A DNA stretch of 63,948 bases, filler included, from Collodictyon triciliatum (taxonomy: Eukaryota), in NCBI GenBank assembly GCA_043381765.1. It is 5 parts of 5 records of this genome, joined end to end, with 100 filler letters (N's around TTAATTAATTAA, not from the genome) between each part and the next. Parts side by side here need not be neighbours in the genome. Positions count along the whole stretch, not along the records: positions 1 to 14,264 come from JBHJMP010001847.1; positions 14,365 to 28,627 come from JBHJMP010001848.1; 3 more parts are not named here. One strand, 5' to 3'. The number at the start of each line of letters is the position of its first letter. The first letter of the stretch is position 1. The notes under the pieces are model-generated. The model was not told where the DNA came from. It saw only the letters and a program-made list of their open reading frames with translations, and searched no databases. Made by a program: the position numbers and the translations under genes. Shown one piece after another: positions 1 to 15,466 of this stretch.

Positions 1-91
<91 letters not shown>

Positions 92-320
92 AAAAAACAA
101 AAAAACAGAAAAACAAAAAAACAAACAAACATAGAAATACGAAACAATAACACGAAGCAAAAATACAGAATACGAAAACACAGAAAACGAAAACACAAAT
201 AAAACAACATGCGCATGGACGTACTTTTGATTCGAATACGACTGCTCTAGGATCAGGCACGAACGCTCGGGCGGACCGATCTCCTCCTTTTGTGGATAAA
301 TCCTACGAAACTCTTTTATC

Positions 321-1107
321 ATGGTAAGAACTGTCTTCAGTTATCAGCCCTTTTCCTTCTTCGCCGCCATGTCACCAGAGCAGATAGTCCCTTCTAACAC
401 ACGATCGAATGATCTAGAAAGAAAAGATGAGAGGAGGTGTAATGCGTTTCATGTCAACTAATATCTTGCACCGACCGTAGGCACAAAAGAAGGAAGTCAT
501 ATTGGATCTCACAAAGCATTTCGGCAAACAAGTCAGAGTCAAATTCAACGGAGGACGGGAAGGTAAGACCATCCTTCGGTCTTCATATATTATGAATATT
601 ATCAACACCCAAACACAAGAACGATTATAAATACTTAAACTTTTTTCATCTTAACCTGCACGTTCATTCAATTTTTTCACTCTTACTATCATTGTTACCG
701 AATTCGTATGCATGAGTACTGTCCTTGGGAAAAGTGTGTAATTACTGATTGAGTCGCCTTTATATCATATTACCAGCAACTGGTATCCTAAGAGGTCATG
801 ACTCCATGGCCAATCTTGTGCTAGACGAGGCCATCGAATATCTTCGCGGTATGTATGAAGCTAAATCAGAGCCATTTCCATTTCCATGAATCTCCTTCCT
901 TTCTTTCAGGACCAATGCGTTGGTATTGTTCATGGGCTCAAGTTCCTTTCCACAGACCCTGAAGACCCATACAAGCTTATCCCAGAGACCAGGAAGCTTG
1001 GGCTCGTGGTCTGCCGTGGGACGTCTGTCGTGCTGATATGCCCACAGGACGGATTCCAGCCCATCGAGAACCCTTTTGCTCAAGAGGCTGGGCTTGAGGC
1101 AGAATAA
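321..1107 (+). CDS. LSM7: U6 snRNA-associated Sm-like protein LSm7 (spliced)
   Basis: GT-AG exons read AQKKEVILDLTKHFGKQVRVKFNGGRE / ATGILRGHDSMANLVLDEAIEYLR / DPEDPYKLIPETRKLGLVVCRGTSVVLICPQDGFQPIENPF, the LSm7 signature. Start (321 vs ~427) is uncertain. Confidence 0.95.
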
Positions 1108-1789
1108 ACATATTCTCACGTTTTGCAGCCAACGTTGCAAGTGCGGTTCAGAGGAGATGAATCACAGCCGAATGCACGACGAGAGAATAGATGCTCACCC
1201 AATGACGGGATATATTATGGTATTGACATTCACAATTCGCAGCTAATCTAATTGCAGTATTATTGAGCAGTCGGGGTTCGCAGGGATTCGGTATCGATGA
1301 TGGTTGGATATAATGTTCTAGATATGGCACTTATGCCATCATCTTAATCGAGACTCAATGTCTGATTCAATTGCAGCTTTGCTGGCTGGGTGAAAGTTTA
1401 TCAGTTTTCACACACCTTCAAGAGAGTGCAATCTGCCACAGGCTCTGGCACTGGCGACATTTCTTACGCGAGCGGGTATTGAGAGTGTATCAAAGATATG
1501 CTCGGGTGCGTACTAGTAGGAAACATCATTCTCAACCTTAAAGACTAGCGGAGGAAACTGGGGTGCTTTTTAATTTGCATTCACATACTCGCCCCCCTTT
1601 TTTTTTTACAGCAAACTTGACGATGATGATTCTGATTGCTACGAACGTGTTATTTTACTGTTACACGTAAATTATATAACTCAACACAGCAAATCAAAAT
1701 GCAATTACTAGAAAAAGGCGAAAGAAATGAACATGAGAAAAATGGGATAAACCGTTCCATCATGTATGAATTTGTCTCTATAGATGCTT

Positions 1790-4428
1790 CCTAAATAAAT
1801 ATACCGAGTCACTGGTATCCTGAAAAAAGCGGGATAAATCCTTCATTCGCGACAAAGAACTCTTCGAGTCAAACCTCCAAATGCGCACGTCAGAGTCATC
1901 GGAGCAAGTAGCCATTCTATGCAATAAAAGGTATTAGAAATAAACCGGGGTAGTGGGGAAATGGCAGATTTAGTTCGCATATGTCTTGGCTGCGAGATGG
2001 GCCAGAAAGAAGTTATTATTACCGAGTAGCATCAGACAGAGACCACGCTACAGATGAAACCTCTTTATTATGTGCAGAAAGTTCAAAACAAGGGTCTCCT
2101 GGGGAGTCTACCTACAAACCATCAGAGAGATTTTGTTTACTTCCCAGTATCAGATTATTCTTCAAATAAAAAAAGTAGTATTTACACATTCAATAAAAGG
2201 CCTTGATTCGAATACTGTATAGGAGAACATTACATAATCGCTTCAGAGATGAAATCGAGTATTAAATATTACTCGACGTTTTTTCTCTAAGTGGATGCGA
2301 CACAACATACCCGCCATATTTTAGCTATACCATCTGAAGAACCCCCCAATATGAAGCGCCCATCGGGACTAAAAGAGGATTTCACATAAAAGGATTCCAC
2401 GGTAGACCCGTGGTAAATTCGACGATCTTGGTCCGATATATTAGTAAGGTTGAAGACGTAATTCCTGTGTAAAAAAAAAATCTATCAGGAAAAATCAAAT
2501 ATATTCTCAAATAAACAAACACCATGTTAGTTATGTGAAAAGATTCATTGGGTGTTACATTTGGAAAAAAAAACTTGTGGTAATTTATTATACATTATAA
2601 AGTCGATAAACCCACAGAGAAATTCACCTGCCATCAAGGGCTGTTACGAGAAGAAGTCTACCAGAATGATCGACATCTAGACCGGTGATTCCCCATTTAC
2701 GGCTCATGAACATATCTACAATTTGGACCGGAGCTGGTTTATAGTCTCCGGAACATGCATATGTTTTTCGAAGGTCCCATATTTTCAGGCAACTGTAGTA
2801 AGAGTGTTTAAACCAAAGCTTTTCTTAAAGAATAAATTAACGTAGACAAAAATTACTTTAAAAAGGAATGAATTTTGCGATAGAGGTTAATCAGTCCTCG
2901 CAAATATATGATGTTTTCAAATGCATCCATATCATGGCACACACATTCAGCTTACAACATGTTTGATTAAGTTAAAAAAAAAAAGGGTTTCTTATCAACC
3001 CATCAGTGCTTCCTGAAGTGATCAAATTGTATCCATTCGGAGAGAAGCACAAGCATGTGACCGAGCCAATTCCTTCGTCATATGCAGTTGGTTTCGTTTG
3101 GGGTCGTCTAAAGAAATATACATAAGATCGAGTTCGAGTGATTCTAATGTGGGGCTCAATCACAACATTTGAATGCCAGGTAACTGATTGGAGTATACTT
3201 TATGGTATGTAATAGTCGCAATAAAAAGTTACATGGGCGAGTCAACTTTTCTTCGCTTTGGAGATGGTTTCGATGAAGTGGAGAAAGTTAAATGGGATCC
3301 TTTAATGACTCCATACGGTCGGATATATTCTTCATTTGAGAATCTATCAATTAATCTCGAGGCGCGAGTATCCCATAGATATGTGTGCCCGTCTCTAGAC
3401 CCAGAGGCGAATATGTCTTGGATTCGAATGCAACATCAGTTGTAGACACATAAATTAATGAAAAATATACAATAAAAAACATTATTTCTTGCAAGAGAAC
3501 ATGTATCCATACATTCTTCTTCTTTCTTCTGCCTGATTACTTTCATGCTGCCAGTGGCACCACGGAGTGAATACGTGCATCTACAGAGATTCATGAATGT
3601 ATGCATGATAACTGTACCCAAAATAATTATAAAATAGTATATTTACTTTTAGGACGATATGCAACCATGAGTTACCTCTGGGTCTCTGTGTCCCATATCT
3701 TGGATGTGTAATCACCAGAAGCTGTCACCACGGACTTGTCATTTCCGGTGAATATCAAATCAAAAATGGCATTTGCATGCGCTACAAATGATGTGCTGTG
3801 TCTATCCCCTTAAAATAATCGTGAATTTAGAAGACAACCAAGGATGAAAAAAAAAAAAATAAAACAGAAAATGTTAATAGACAAAAACGATATTCGGCAA
3901 AGGGATGGTACTTTTCATTGAGGAAACGATACCGGCAACATCGCGAGACTGCCCGACGGCCATGATCGAAACACAACCTGCTTCATCAGCTACCCCTAGT
4001 AACGGTTGGCGATGCAACGAGTTGGAGAAAACCATAGACATCGGGGTTGTGAGCGTCCCCGATGCTGACCTAAGAATCAAGGCTCTTTCTATTTTGCAGT
4101 CGAGAGCGCTTAGTTCCATGGTAATGGTTGCCGGGCAATTCACTGTAGCAGGTAGAAGATAGTCGATGGAATAATGTGAATTTTATGCATATTTTCATGG
4201 CTACATGTAATCTGACATACTCACTTTGGAGGGAGGAGGTATTACAACAGCAAAAGCAATATATATATATATATATATATATGAAAGAAAATAAGCATTG
4301 AAGAAAATAATTTAGAGCAGCAAACTAGCTTGTCGGAGTGCTCTCTGCCCATATGTTTGTAGCTGGCGATGCAAGTGAAAGGGATTGCGCAGACTTTTCA
4401 GGTTGGTGTCTTTGTTACATAGTTGCAT
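1790..4428 (-). CDS. DTL: Denticleless/CDT2 WD40 substrate receptor of CRL4 (multi-exon; 3' end uncertain)
   Basis: Exons give LLGVADEAGCV, AHANAIFDLIF..VVTASGD..SKIWD, SVTCLCFSPNGYNLITSGSTDG, SFYVKSSFSPDGRFILGGSSDG, EVSSVAWS and MATCSDDSDVRIWR. This is the CDT2 motif order. Confidence 0.85.
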
Positions 4429-5797
4429 GGTAAATTATGTTGTTGGGCAACACAAATCGTTTGATATACTCCGTTATTGACACAAGTACGATCCTGTAAG
4501 TGTTTCAAATATAATCTGAGTTATCGTAACCATGCATCCATTTACATGATTCTCCCTCTATTTGATCAAGGCATTCATTGTTTTATAATTTCCCAGTAGA
4601 AAAAGATGCGATATCCTGCCGTTTCCTTTTTACAATAAATCGTTTGATTGTGTCATAAGAAAAGCCGTAGAGTTATACATCCCAAATAATGTAGGTTGGT
4701 TAAATACAATAGTTAATGTAAAAATCAACTTTAGGGTGCTCATCTTTCGTCGATGTGACAAAATAACATACACTTTTGTACAGCAGAGAATCAACCAGAC
4801 GATCTTAATATTCAGAGTAGTTGGAGTACAAAATAATGGGCACACATAAGGCTAAGTAAAAAGCTCAGCCATCCCCCAACAATAGTAAGGTAACGTCGGC
4901 CATAGAATTGGAAAGAAGCATAGAAAGGAAGGATTTGACGTTTGGTATCGTTAAAACGCTTGCAACACATATTGCAAGTGCCGTGTAGTTCGACTAGACT
5001 CACCTGGTCGTTTTTGATACGTGCATTTTTTTTTTTTTTTTTTGCTTGCACAACAAGCAAAGGTCCATCAGTTAATAACAGACATATATCAAATTTGCTT
5101 CCTAGATGATCTCCTAGGCTGCAGTCTTTCACAAAATGTTTTTCTCACCGACCCGAGTCGATGCGAGTGCGGTTGGGTAGTGACGAACAAAGAAAAGAAG
5201 TATACGTATAGATAAGGAGTTAAGACTTCATGGCCAATACAGATCTAAGCCGAGTGCTTCTAGGTGCGCGCAACGCGACTAGAACGATCTTAAGCGCTCG
5301 CTCATTCCCGCACTCCTACATGGTCGGTCGCATCGTGTTGCTGGCTACTCGAAACCTGTTCTGCGCCTCGCGCCGCGGGTTGATCACTCACCGGGTGCGC
5401 TGGTGCGGCGAATAAGAGCAACGTTGAATTCGAAATTTTGAATATTTGTGCCGGAATAGATTATTATTTATGGAATTTATAAGAGATATTCTTTTTGTTC
5501 CTTTCCCAACGTAGCCATCCAATACTTGATTAAAATTATGGATGCGTATGTGCCAGATAGCTATGAGCACTATTTTCTTAGACATGCGCTGCTGGCGTCC
5601 TGCTGTGATACCTCACCTAGAGAATGATTTTGAGGGGAATTCGACTAAATCAGGTCTTTTCATTTATTTTCCTTTCGGATTGCGCGAGGTGACAGGGATG
5701 TTTGCTTTGATTCACCAGCAATTGAATGAATTCTTAGAAAGTATAATTTAACAACATTAACAGTCTATGAATGGCACTCACTAGTTACTAATATGGT

Positions 5798-8700
5798 TTA
5801 TTGTTCTTTCATAGAATGGCTTATATTTAAGAGGTTATGGCCTGGGCAGGAAAGAGTAGCTCGTGGGGATGACAAGCGGATCGGAGTTGGATGGATTCGC
5901 GTACGATTAAACAACGTCCAAAAGGGCCAGTCATTGAAGTCCAGGAATGAAGGGAGAGTGAACGCAATTAAGAGGTACATATTCTAGACCGCTTTGATCG
6001 TAGCTGAGGAAGAGGTTTCCTATGATATCATACTAATATTTGAGCTAATGACTAGCAGGGCGGTTGCACCTGGTGGCGCGCGAACACCTCCTTCCCATTC
6101 AGTTCTGTACTGAATCCAAACCCATATGATTTCATAATCTAATCAGTGATTAGTTTAGAATTGTATGAAAAATGTCAGAGGGTGTAAAAGTAAGAATGAA
6201 TATACAAACAAATAAGCATATGGAAAAAAAAATACACGAAAATGTCGTACCTTTCGAAAATTATGCCACAAAATTTCACAGTTTAATCCTGACATTGGGA
6301 CCTGATAGCCGTGGCTAGATTTTAGAACATATAACTCTCTACTTGATTTTCCGTCTTTTCGAATCTCGAGTGTCTGAGTAATTCGGATGATATTGTTAAA
6401 ATTTGTATGGTTGAATGCAAATAGTTCGTAGTCTACCCACATGACGAGAAAATGGGAAGGTTAGTCATGATTACCCAAACAACTTGATTTTTCTTTCTCT
6501 TTCCACCCTCAACTTAATCCACCTTGAAATCTGGTTCTCTATGTATTGAATAGACTTACGAGTTTTATTCTCTCTACAGACTCATGCATGACAGGGACCA
6601 GCCTTTCGGCAAGAAATCCATATGAACAACTTTTGCTTAAGTATCGAGGGTAGCGGTCTCGCCTGATAACCAGCTCTGTAGAAAAAAAAACATCCAAATC
6701 CAAGGGGACTAGCTCCGTTGATGCCGATTCTGTCAAAGCTTCGGCCTTCAGTACAACTTCTAGAATTATAGCAATTTTTGAATTCCTTTTTTGAAAACTC
6801 GATAGGTACCAAATCCAAAAAATAAAAAATAAAAAATAAAAAATAAAAAATAAAAAATAAAAAATAAAAAAAAAATAAAAAATAAAAAATAAAAAAAAAG
6901 GTAGACATTAGTGTGAAAATGTGTTCAGATTGAAATTTTTTTAATCTTTAAATAGGTAAATGAATATAATCATTTTAATGGCTGAACTATCAAAAATTAT
7001 AGTGTAGTAAAGGGGCAGAATTAATCGTAGAACCTGATTGGATTTCAGTCTCAAGAGATTCTATACGGGATACACGGCAGGTGTTTTTGCCTTCTGTGGA
7101 CGATATAGGCGAATCTAAATTTCCTGAGTGGCTTCGTTTTGATCTTTTCTTTGGGGCTCCAGGTTGGGTAATATTCTGTCTTAATACTTTAATAGCATCT
7201 AGATAAGGATGAAGAGGATAATCCCGGCTCAGGCACTTCTCGAATAGATCAAGAATATATCCTAGATGTGGTTTAGTGAACTGTCCATAGGCAGCCAAGT
7301 CTGCAGGAAGAGGTTCATAGTACAATAATGCATCTCCATTTTCGTTGTTCATTAAGTATTCCAATCCTGTTAAGATGCTATCTACCTCTCTTTCATACAA
7401 AGGAATCGACATATGAACGGAATCAGACAGCAGACCATTTATTCCAAATAAAATAAGTTCCTGTTTTTAACGATGATAATTTGTTTTCTGTTTAAAAAAC
7501 ACATATTTGTCTCCCTTGCAATAAGACAAGAAGGCACAGGAAAGCATGAGAATGGGTCAATATGAGAAAAGATGAGAAATAAAATTTGTCGTTACATACA
7601 TGCAAATAAGGGTAGCAAAATTTCCTGTCTGTACCAGCCTCAATTTCCATTCGTCGAACCTCTACGACCTTTTGTAAATCTAACAAATGAATGAAATTGC
7701 CACCAAAAACTATAGAGTCAATAGGAGTGTAAACAGAGTGTATCCAACCAGAGGGAAGCAAAAGTGTCTCTCCTTTTTGCAACTTGAAGAATCTGAGTAG
7801 ATTATATCAATAATACAATAGAAATAGGCAGGATTTGTTTTTAAATAAAAAAAAGCATTCAACATTATGATCAGGGGCATGTAGTGTAAATTCTAGTATA
7901 AACAAATATGCGAAGATTTATACAGAGGAATAAAAATAATGATGAAGTGACACACAAGGCTTCATTTCCATCAAAGTAACTCTTGTCTTCAGTTGGGCAC
8001 CCGACGAGATTCCAGGCTCGATATGATTCCATATTCTGTAATGTCGGGGGATATACTATGAACCATTTTTCACCTTTGACGACATGGTACCAAACCTGTG
8101 AATGCACAATATCAGAGAATAAAAGATAAAAATTAATATTAACCCACGATGAGGTATTCATGCGAGATATTCTTGTCCAGTTAAGATGCAATCTTAAATT
8201 TGAAGTGTAACTTTTATGATTATCACGACCACAATACGACCATTAATTTATTGATTATAATCAAACATTTTCCCCTTATTCGATTCAAAGTGAATATAAT
8301 CAAATGTAAATGGAGTTACAGAGGATCCGCTTGCGTCAATATGAATGTCAGTGAAGGACCTAGCCATGCTCATAATAAGGTATTTCTGTACCTTTTTTTC
8401 CAAACGAAAAAAAGAGTATGTGATTAATTACAGTTACAAGGTAATCTCCAAACGTCACCGACTGTATAACAAATGAGTTTATTTACCTGACTTGCTCGAA
8501 CTTTATCTAAAAAATATCCTGACTGCAAGAAGCTATTGGGTTTCCAAGGCCAATATCGCTCATATATATCCAATTCAGTTATCCACTGAAATATAATATA
8601 TGTAGTCCAATTAGGGTATCTGTGATATTTTTTTTTCCTTTATTCGATTCAAGGGTATCTGTGATATCTTTTGAAACTGAATATTCAATTTCTAAGGAAT

Positions 8701-11700
8701 ATAATTACGCTAGGGGGGCTGACATATTTTGACAACTCAGTATTACTAAACTCTAGACTGAGGCAATTCAGAACAGTTGTCCACTTTTCAGCTCTATTTG
8801 GGTCATTGAAAACATCTACCCACCTACAAATAGGCAACATAAAATGTTTCAAATATGTACACATATATTTTGATGTGCGAGCGATTGAGGTGTTCATTAC
8901 TTTCCCATAGTCCATAAATTTGTTTGAACAACTTGAGCGCACACATCAATCACCGGGAATAGAGTTTCAGTTCCAACGAGTTCTTCCAATTGAGACAGAG
9001 TTGCCTCTTCGGGAACCTGATGAAATTGGTGAGAATGTAATGTTATCTAACTCCCATGTTAAGATTCCCTTGAATTGAATATATATGTGTAAAAAAAAAA
9101 AAAAAAAAAANNNNNNNNNNNNNNNNNNNNNNNNNNNNNNNNNNNNNNNNNNNNNNNNNNNNNNNNNNNNNNNNNNNNNAAAAAAAAAAAAAAAAAAAGG
9201 GAAACTCTCGTGTTATAATGTTGGGACGCCAAAACCAAATCTAATATACAGGTAAAATTGAAGACGAGGAAGAAAAAGGCTCAAGTTCACTATTGATTGA
9301 ACACACATGGATGGGTCTCAATACTAAAATAAAAGTATTAGGAAAATCTTGAATTGATTTTTATGAATACCTTGAATCCAGGGATAAAGCCATCCGATAT
9401 TATATAGGGGTGTCTGAATCCTTCTTTCTTCAACTTCGACAGATTTACTTCACTGGCCTTAACTTTCTTAGGGAATGGAAAAAGAGGATGCTGCGTAATG
9501 GTAATTGATTTCATTTGCTTAAAAAGTATCAACGACATTAGATTAAGGCATACCAAGAACAAGAACAAGAACAAGAACAAGAACAAGAACAAGAACAAGA
9601 ACAAGAACAAGAACAAGAACAAGAACAAAGCAGGTACGCACATCGCCAACGTGATTATGATGAGTCTTTTTCCTCCTTATATACATCATCTTATATGTAA
9701 TACAGAACCGGAAATAAAAAAATCATTCCATTTAATTAGAATACCCTTCGAGTAAGTTCCCTGACTTCAGAAGATAATCTATAATTTATTGATGAGTATG
9801 CTTATCCATTGATTGGTTGCTTTATTGAGTCATTTGGCCAGGTACCAACAAAAGAGTTACGGCGGGCTGATTAAAATTATTTGACTTACATGTTACGAGG
9901 CGGGGTTTTAAGATGACAAATATCCATCAGAATCTGTCCGACTTTAACATCATCGATTGTTTTCAACTGCCCTTCATTCATATCAACCAACTTCACCAAA
10001 TCTTTACATAATAAGGGGTCGTATTCTTCATTCGATTCTGCTAAATCCCCGACGTACTCTTGACAGAAGCGCTCCATTTGCTTCAAAGTTGGAAATGATT
10101 CGGGCTCATCCAGCTTCTCTGAAGAAGCATCTATAAAGTGATTCTGCGTTGGAAAAATAGAAATATAGAAATATAGAAATATAGAAATATAGAAAATAGA
10201 AAAAGAAAAAAGAAAAAGAAAAAAGAAAAAGAAAAAAGAAAAAGAAAAAAGAAGGAAAAAGAAAAAGAAGGAAAAAGAAAAGAAGGAAAAAGAAAAGAAG
10301 GAAAAAGAAAAGAAGGAAAAAGAAAAGAAGGAAAAAGAAGGAAAAATGCGTTTATATACATGGATATATTTTGTAATATTGTCCTATAAGCTATTTATGG
10401 AATATGCATATGTATTGAATACCAAAAGAGCAAGAAACAGCTGCTGAGTTACATGCCGCTTTTAAATTTTGATTCATAAATTTGTACAAACATCTAGATA
10501 TCTCATCTCTAACAGAGTTTTTTTTAATAGGATTAAAGGATAGGAGTTCATTTTCGATCTCGAATATCACATTAGAGTTTTCAGCAGTTAGGTTGGTGGG
10601 GTCTGCGTCTTCAGTTTCAGTCAAAAAAATGCTAGATTTCTCTATACTTTTGTTGGTGGAAGTGGGTGAAATAACGGAAAGTTGTACCTCAGTACTTGAT
10701 TGCGTTACATGATCTCCTCCTTCCTTCTTTAAAGCAATTATACTATTCAAAGTACCAATTTTGACGTCTTGGATTTTAAGCATTCGGTCCCCATTATGGA
10801 CAGGAGCTATATTTGTATCGTACAACTGGTATGATTGACTAATTGAAGTAGCGAGGAGATTATCATCAATGTATTGTGGGCGATACACTTGAGAACGAGA
10901 ATCATTTCTATCATCATCTATGGTAGCGCAAAGCTCCTCCTTTTCAACTACATATCTCATACTTTTTTCAACTTCAATTATGTGATGGGATGAGTCTTGA
11001 TGCGTTTGGTGGCCGTGACTTGATTTTTGATTGAAATCGCTATGGCCTCCAACATTATGATCCAGATATGAAAATAGAGATGTATCTTCAGGGTCTTTTC
11101 TACCATTTTGGTTCATTTGGTCAGATTCCACCTGGTATAAGCAGTCTTCAGGTTCTAGCTGAGGAAAATTTCTTGGAAACTGTCTGCGCCAGCCATCGCT
11201 AGAACAAACATCGCTTCTATGAGGCTGTCCATGATTCTGGATTTTTTCACCTCGACCAAAGGTCGTACATGGGTAACTCGTGTAATTTCTAGGTCTCCGA
11301 TCTCGACATTGAATACTTTTTCCATGAGCCTCATTTCTTCTTTTTGGTTGGATATCTCCTCCATTATTTACCCCTCCATCTCCTCTGTACGGGTAATCAC
11401 ATAATTTCAAGTCTGTCTCGCCTGAAGATTGTGCATGTTTATGAAGAAAAGAACCAGGGGGCTGGTGAGATTGGTTTAAAAAAGACGGCTCGGATTCAAG
11501 TAAGGGAGGACGGCGTCTATAAGTATGTCCCTGTCCGCGGTCTTCTCTGGAGAATAATTTTGTATGGTTATGAGGGCTATCTTTCTCATTTTGATAGTAA
11601 CCTTCCTTGTGTCTGGACTCGTCAATGTAAGTCTTTTTTCTTGGAGTATCCTTTTGAGTTGGGATTCCATTTACAAATCCGCGAGTCACTTTCGGGTCAT

Positions 11701-12494
11701 CGGAAAATTTAGACCTATAAGTTATATTTTGAGGTCTGTCAGGCAAGGTATCATCTCTCCTTAAGTCAGTTCTAGGTTGGTGTTCCCGATAATGGTCATG
11801 CTTATCTCTAACACATAACCCCTGCTTTTCAGAATATCCTTGGTGAGATTTCTGACTAGATTCTCTGTAGTTATAATTTTTTCCCTCTATCCTGTGAGAA
11901 GTTTCAGACTCGTCGCCTCGTCTTTGCAGAGAGAGGGTTCTGCTCAGTCTGCTATCTAATTAATTGATTGGTAATAGGAAAAAGAAAAAGAAAAAGAAAA
12001 AGAAAAAGAAAAAGAAAAAGAAAAAGGAAAAGAAAAAGGAAAAGAAAAAGGAAAAGAAAAAGGAAGAAGAAAGAGAAAAAGAAAAAGAAAAAGAAAAAGA
12101 AAGACATGGCTGAGATTCGGACTCAATAAATTCCTAGATTCATTCCTTTTTGTTTCTTTATATAAATAATTTATATGAATGTACAGCAATTTCAAAAGCT
12201 CTCCACATTCGAGAGATTAAATCTTCGAAAATTAGAAAAGACATTGAAAGAATATTATCTTAAACGCTATCATGACAGAAGGAGAGAAAAGAAAAAATTG
12301 GAGCCGAATGCTCCATCATTCTATTGCTATAGGATTATAGCTCCGAGCGGGCGGTGATACCGAACATAAAAATAAAAAGAATATCCATGTGAGCAGATGT
12401 TAGGAAAAATTAAGAGTGAACCTCGATCGTAGTGAGAACTGTTATCGATAGCATCTTGCTCATCCGCCCAGCGAGGCTCGAAGTCGCGATCCAT
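5798..12494 (-). CDS. JmjC histone demethylase, JHDM1 (KDM2/KDM7-like), with long low-complexity N-terminus; ends approximate
   Basis: Exons LNCLSLEFSNTELSKYV, FTDIHIDASGSS (HxD), VWYHVVKGEKWFIVYPPT and GETLLLPSGWIHSVYTPIDSIVFGGNFIH. Linking the large 10391-11760 exon and the terminal exons is inferred. Confidence 0.85.
9555..9628. repeat. (AAGAAC)n intronic microsatellite
   Basis: Direct tandem hexamer. Confidence 0.95.
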
Positions 12495-12557
12495 TCTATG
12501 CAAGGAAAAGAAAGTATTTTCTTGGAGTAAGTTAGATGCTCAATATATAACGACCAG

Positions 12558-12632
<75 letters not shown>

Positions 12633-14082
12633 TACACTCGCACTAATAAAAAAAAAAACACCCCGAAATCCAGTGGAAAGTCAAGTTGAAAGGTAATAAT
12701 AGTAATAATAATAAGAATAAATCATTTCAATAACTAAACAGAGCGGCGACAGATATAAAGCAGGGCCAGAGAAACCACAGCAGCAGTGGAACTCAAAGAT
12801 CAAAGAAAAGAAGAGTTGTACATTCATGCACTCTACCCAACCAGGGACACCCAAACCATTATTGTTTGTTCTTCTGGCCAGGAAACCACGGATTAGGTTT
12901 CGAAGACAAGCGACCGACACAAAGGGAGGCTGCCATTTCGCTGAGTGGTGCATGGCCAATGTTCAAACAGGCTTGCAATTATTATAATATTATATTGTAA
13001 TGTATTGCGTGATTAGTACATTCAAGTTACGAGAATAGATATTAAATACATATATTCCACATATATGTATCATTTATGGATTTTATAGTAAAAAGTGTAA
13101 AATAATCATAATTGTCGTTTAATATGTCAAACTATACTAATTTTAATGACAAAAATATATAAAATATATATATATTTAATTAGAAATGAATGCGGAAATC
13201 ATTAAGAAATCATATTCCGGTTGTGGCGTTGGACACTCCACTTTCTATGAAATAGGCGTGAAAATAGCGTAGAAGATTACTAAATTTGATATTTTTTATA
13301 TCACATGACAATAATTTTTTCAGTTACAAGGTCAAATTAAGTTAAAGTTTGACTAAAGGAACACAATGGTTCCCGTTGTCCCCCAACATTTTCAAAGAAG
13401 CTCCTTGGCTTTCAAGGAAAAAATGAGAAGACCTCGTATTTTCGAATTCCGAAGGAATAATTCAGTGAAGAAACAAGCCAATCCCAACACAAGCCTTTTA
13501 TGCAAAGAAACGCACGAGGAGAAATTCCCTGGGTCTATATATATTTCAGAAATACGTTGTAGTTTTTCCTGCGAAACACTGCATTAAAGCCAAAAAGTCC
13601 GTATTGCCCAGCGCCCTGTCACAAAGCCATAAAAGCTTGGAACAAGAAGTTACCGCCGTGCTTCTCGAGACAGACACACTGCTTTTCGACTTAAACGTCC
13701 CCATAAGTTAACATAGAGAAAGGGAGAGAGAGAGAGAGAGGAGCACATCAACACACAAACGTCTCCAACAATGAGACAGCGTCAGTTCTTCCAGTTTGTC
13801 TGAAGCCCACCAGATAATGAGATGCAGCAAACACTGGGTCAATAATTTTGTTTTGGGAGTTAAGAGTTGACCCGAGATTATGAACAGACATAACACCACA
13901 CAAATGCTCTATCGAACTGACCCAAGCGCGAAGGTACTTATTGGTAGAAGCACACTATGAGAACACAGAAACCGAAGAGAATACCAGCCAAGCTTTAGGG
14001 GGTACCACCATATTCGCACTTTGACAATTATTTTCAATAGAAGCAAAACTCCTGGGATAAAGGCAAAGTTTAGAGGAAGCAA

Positions 14083-14264
14083 AATGCAAGGAATACGAGC
14101 AGGAGAAGACACAGAGGGCCCAGCTATGGGTGTCTATGACAAAGAGCAGCGGGAACTCAAGGAAGAGCGAGACCTGATGCGCATGTCGCTTTCCAGCTCT
14201 ATCACTGGCGGGTTGGACATCGCCGACCTGTCCTCTGTCTGGAACAGAAACCCTGGCGCGGGAA
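14083..14264 (+). CDS. Hypothetical protein fragment truncated at scaffold end
   Basis: Open frame MQGIRAGEDTEGPAMGVYDKEQRELKEERDLMRMSLSSS... runs into the linker. No family recognised. Confidence 0.3.
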
Positions 14265-14364
14265 NNNNNNNNNNNNNNNNNNNNNNNNNNNNNNNNNNNN
14301 NNNNNNNNTTAATTAATTAANNNNNNNNNNNNNNNNNNNNNNNNNNNNNNNNNNNNNNNNNNNN
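14265..14364. other. Artificial scaffold-joining linker (N44-TTAATTAATTAA-N44)
   Basis: Exactly 100 bp with a six-frame stop cassette, repeated four times in the window. Confidence 0.97.
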
Positions 14365-14592
14365 TTATTTTATTAGTTTATTATTTTATTAGTTTATTAT
14401 TTTATTAGTTTATTATTTTATTAGTTTATTATTTTATTAGTTTATTATTTTATTAGTTTATTAGTTTATTAGTTTATTAGTTTATTAGTTTATAAGTTTA
14501 TAAGTTTATTAGTTTATATTTGTAATCAATTAATATTTGTGTGCTCTCATGTAAACGGGGAAAATGTATATGAAAGCTTTGAATAATGCTAC

Positions 14593-15466
<874 letters not shown>

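Noticed and set aside
5062-5153. C/D box snoRNA candidate on the minus strand
   Set aside because: Degenerate C box, only a 4-bp terminal stem, and a short wobble-dependent rRNA match.
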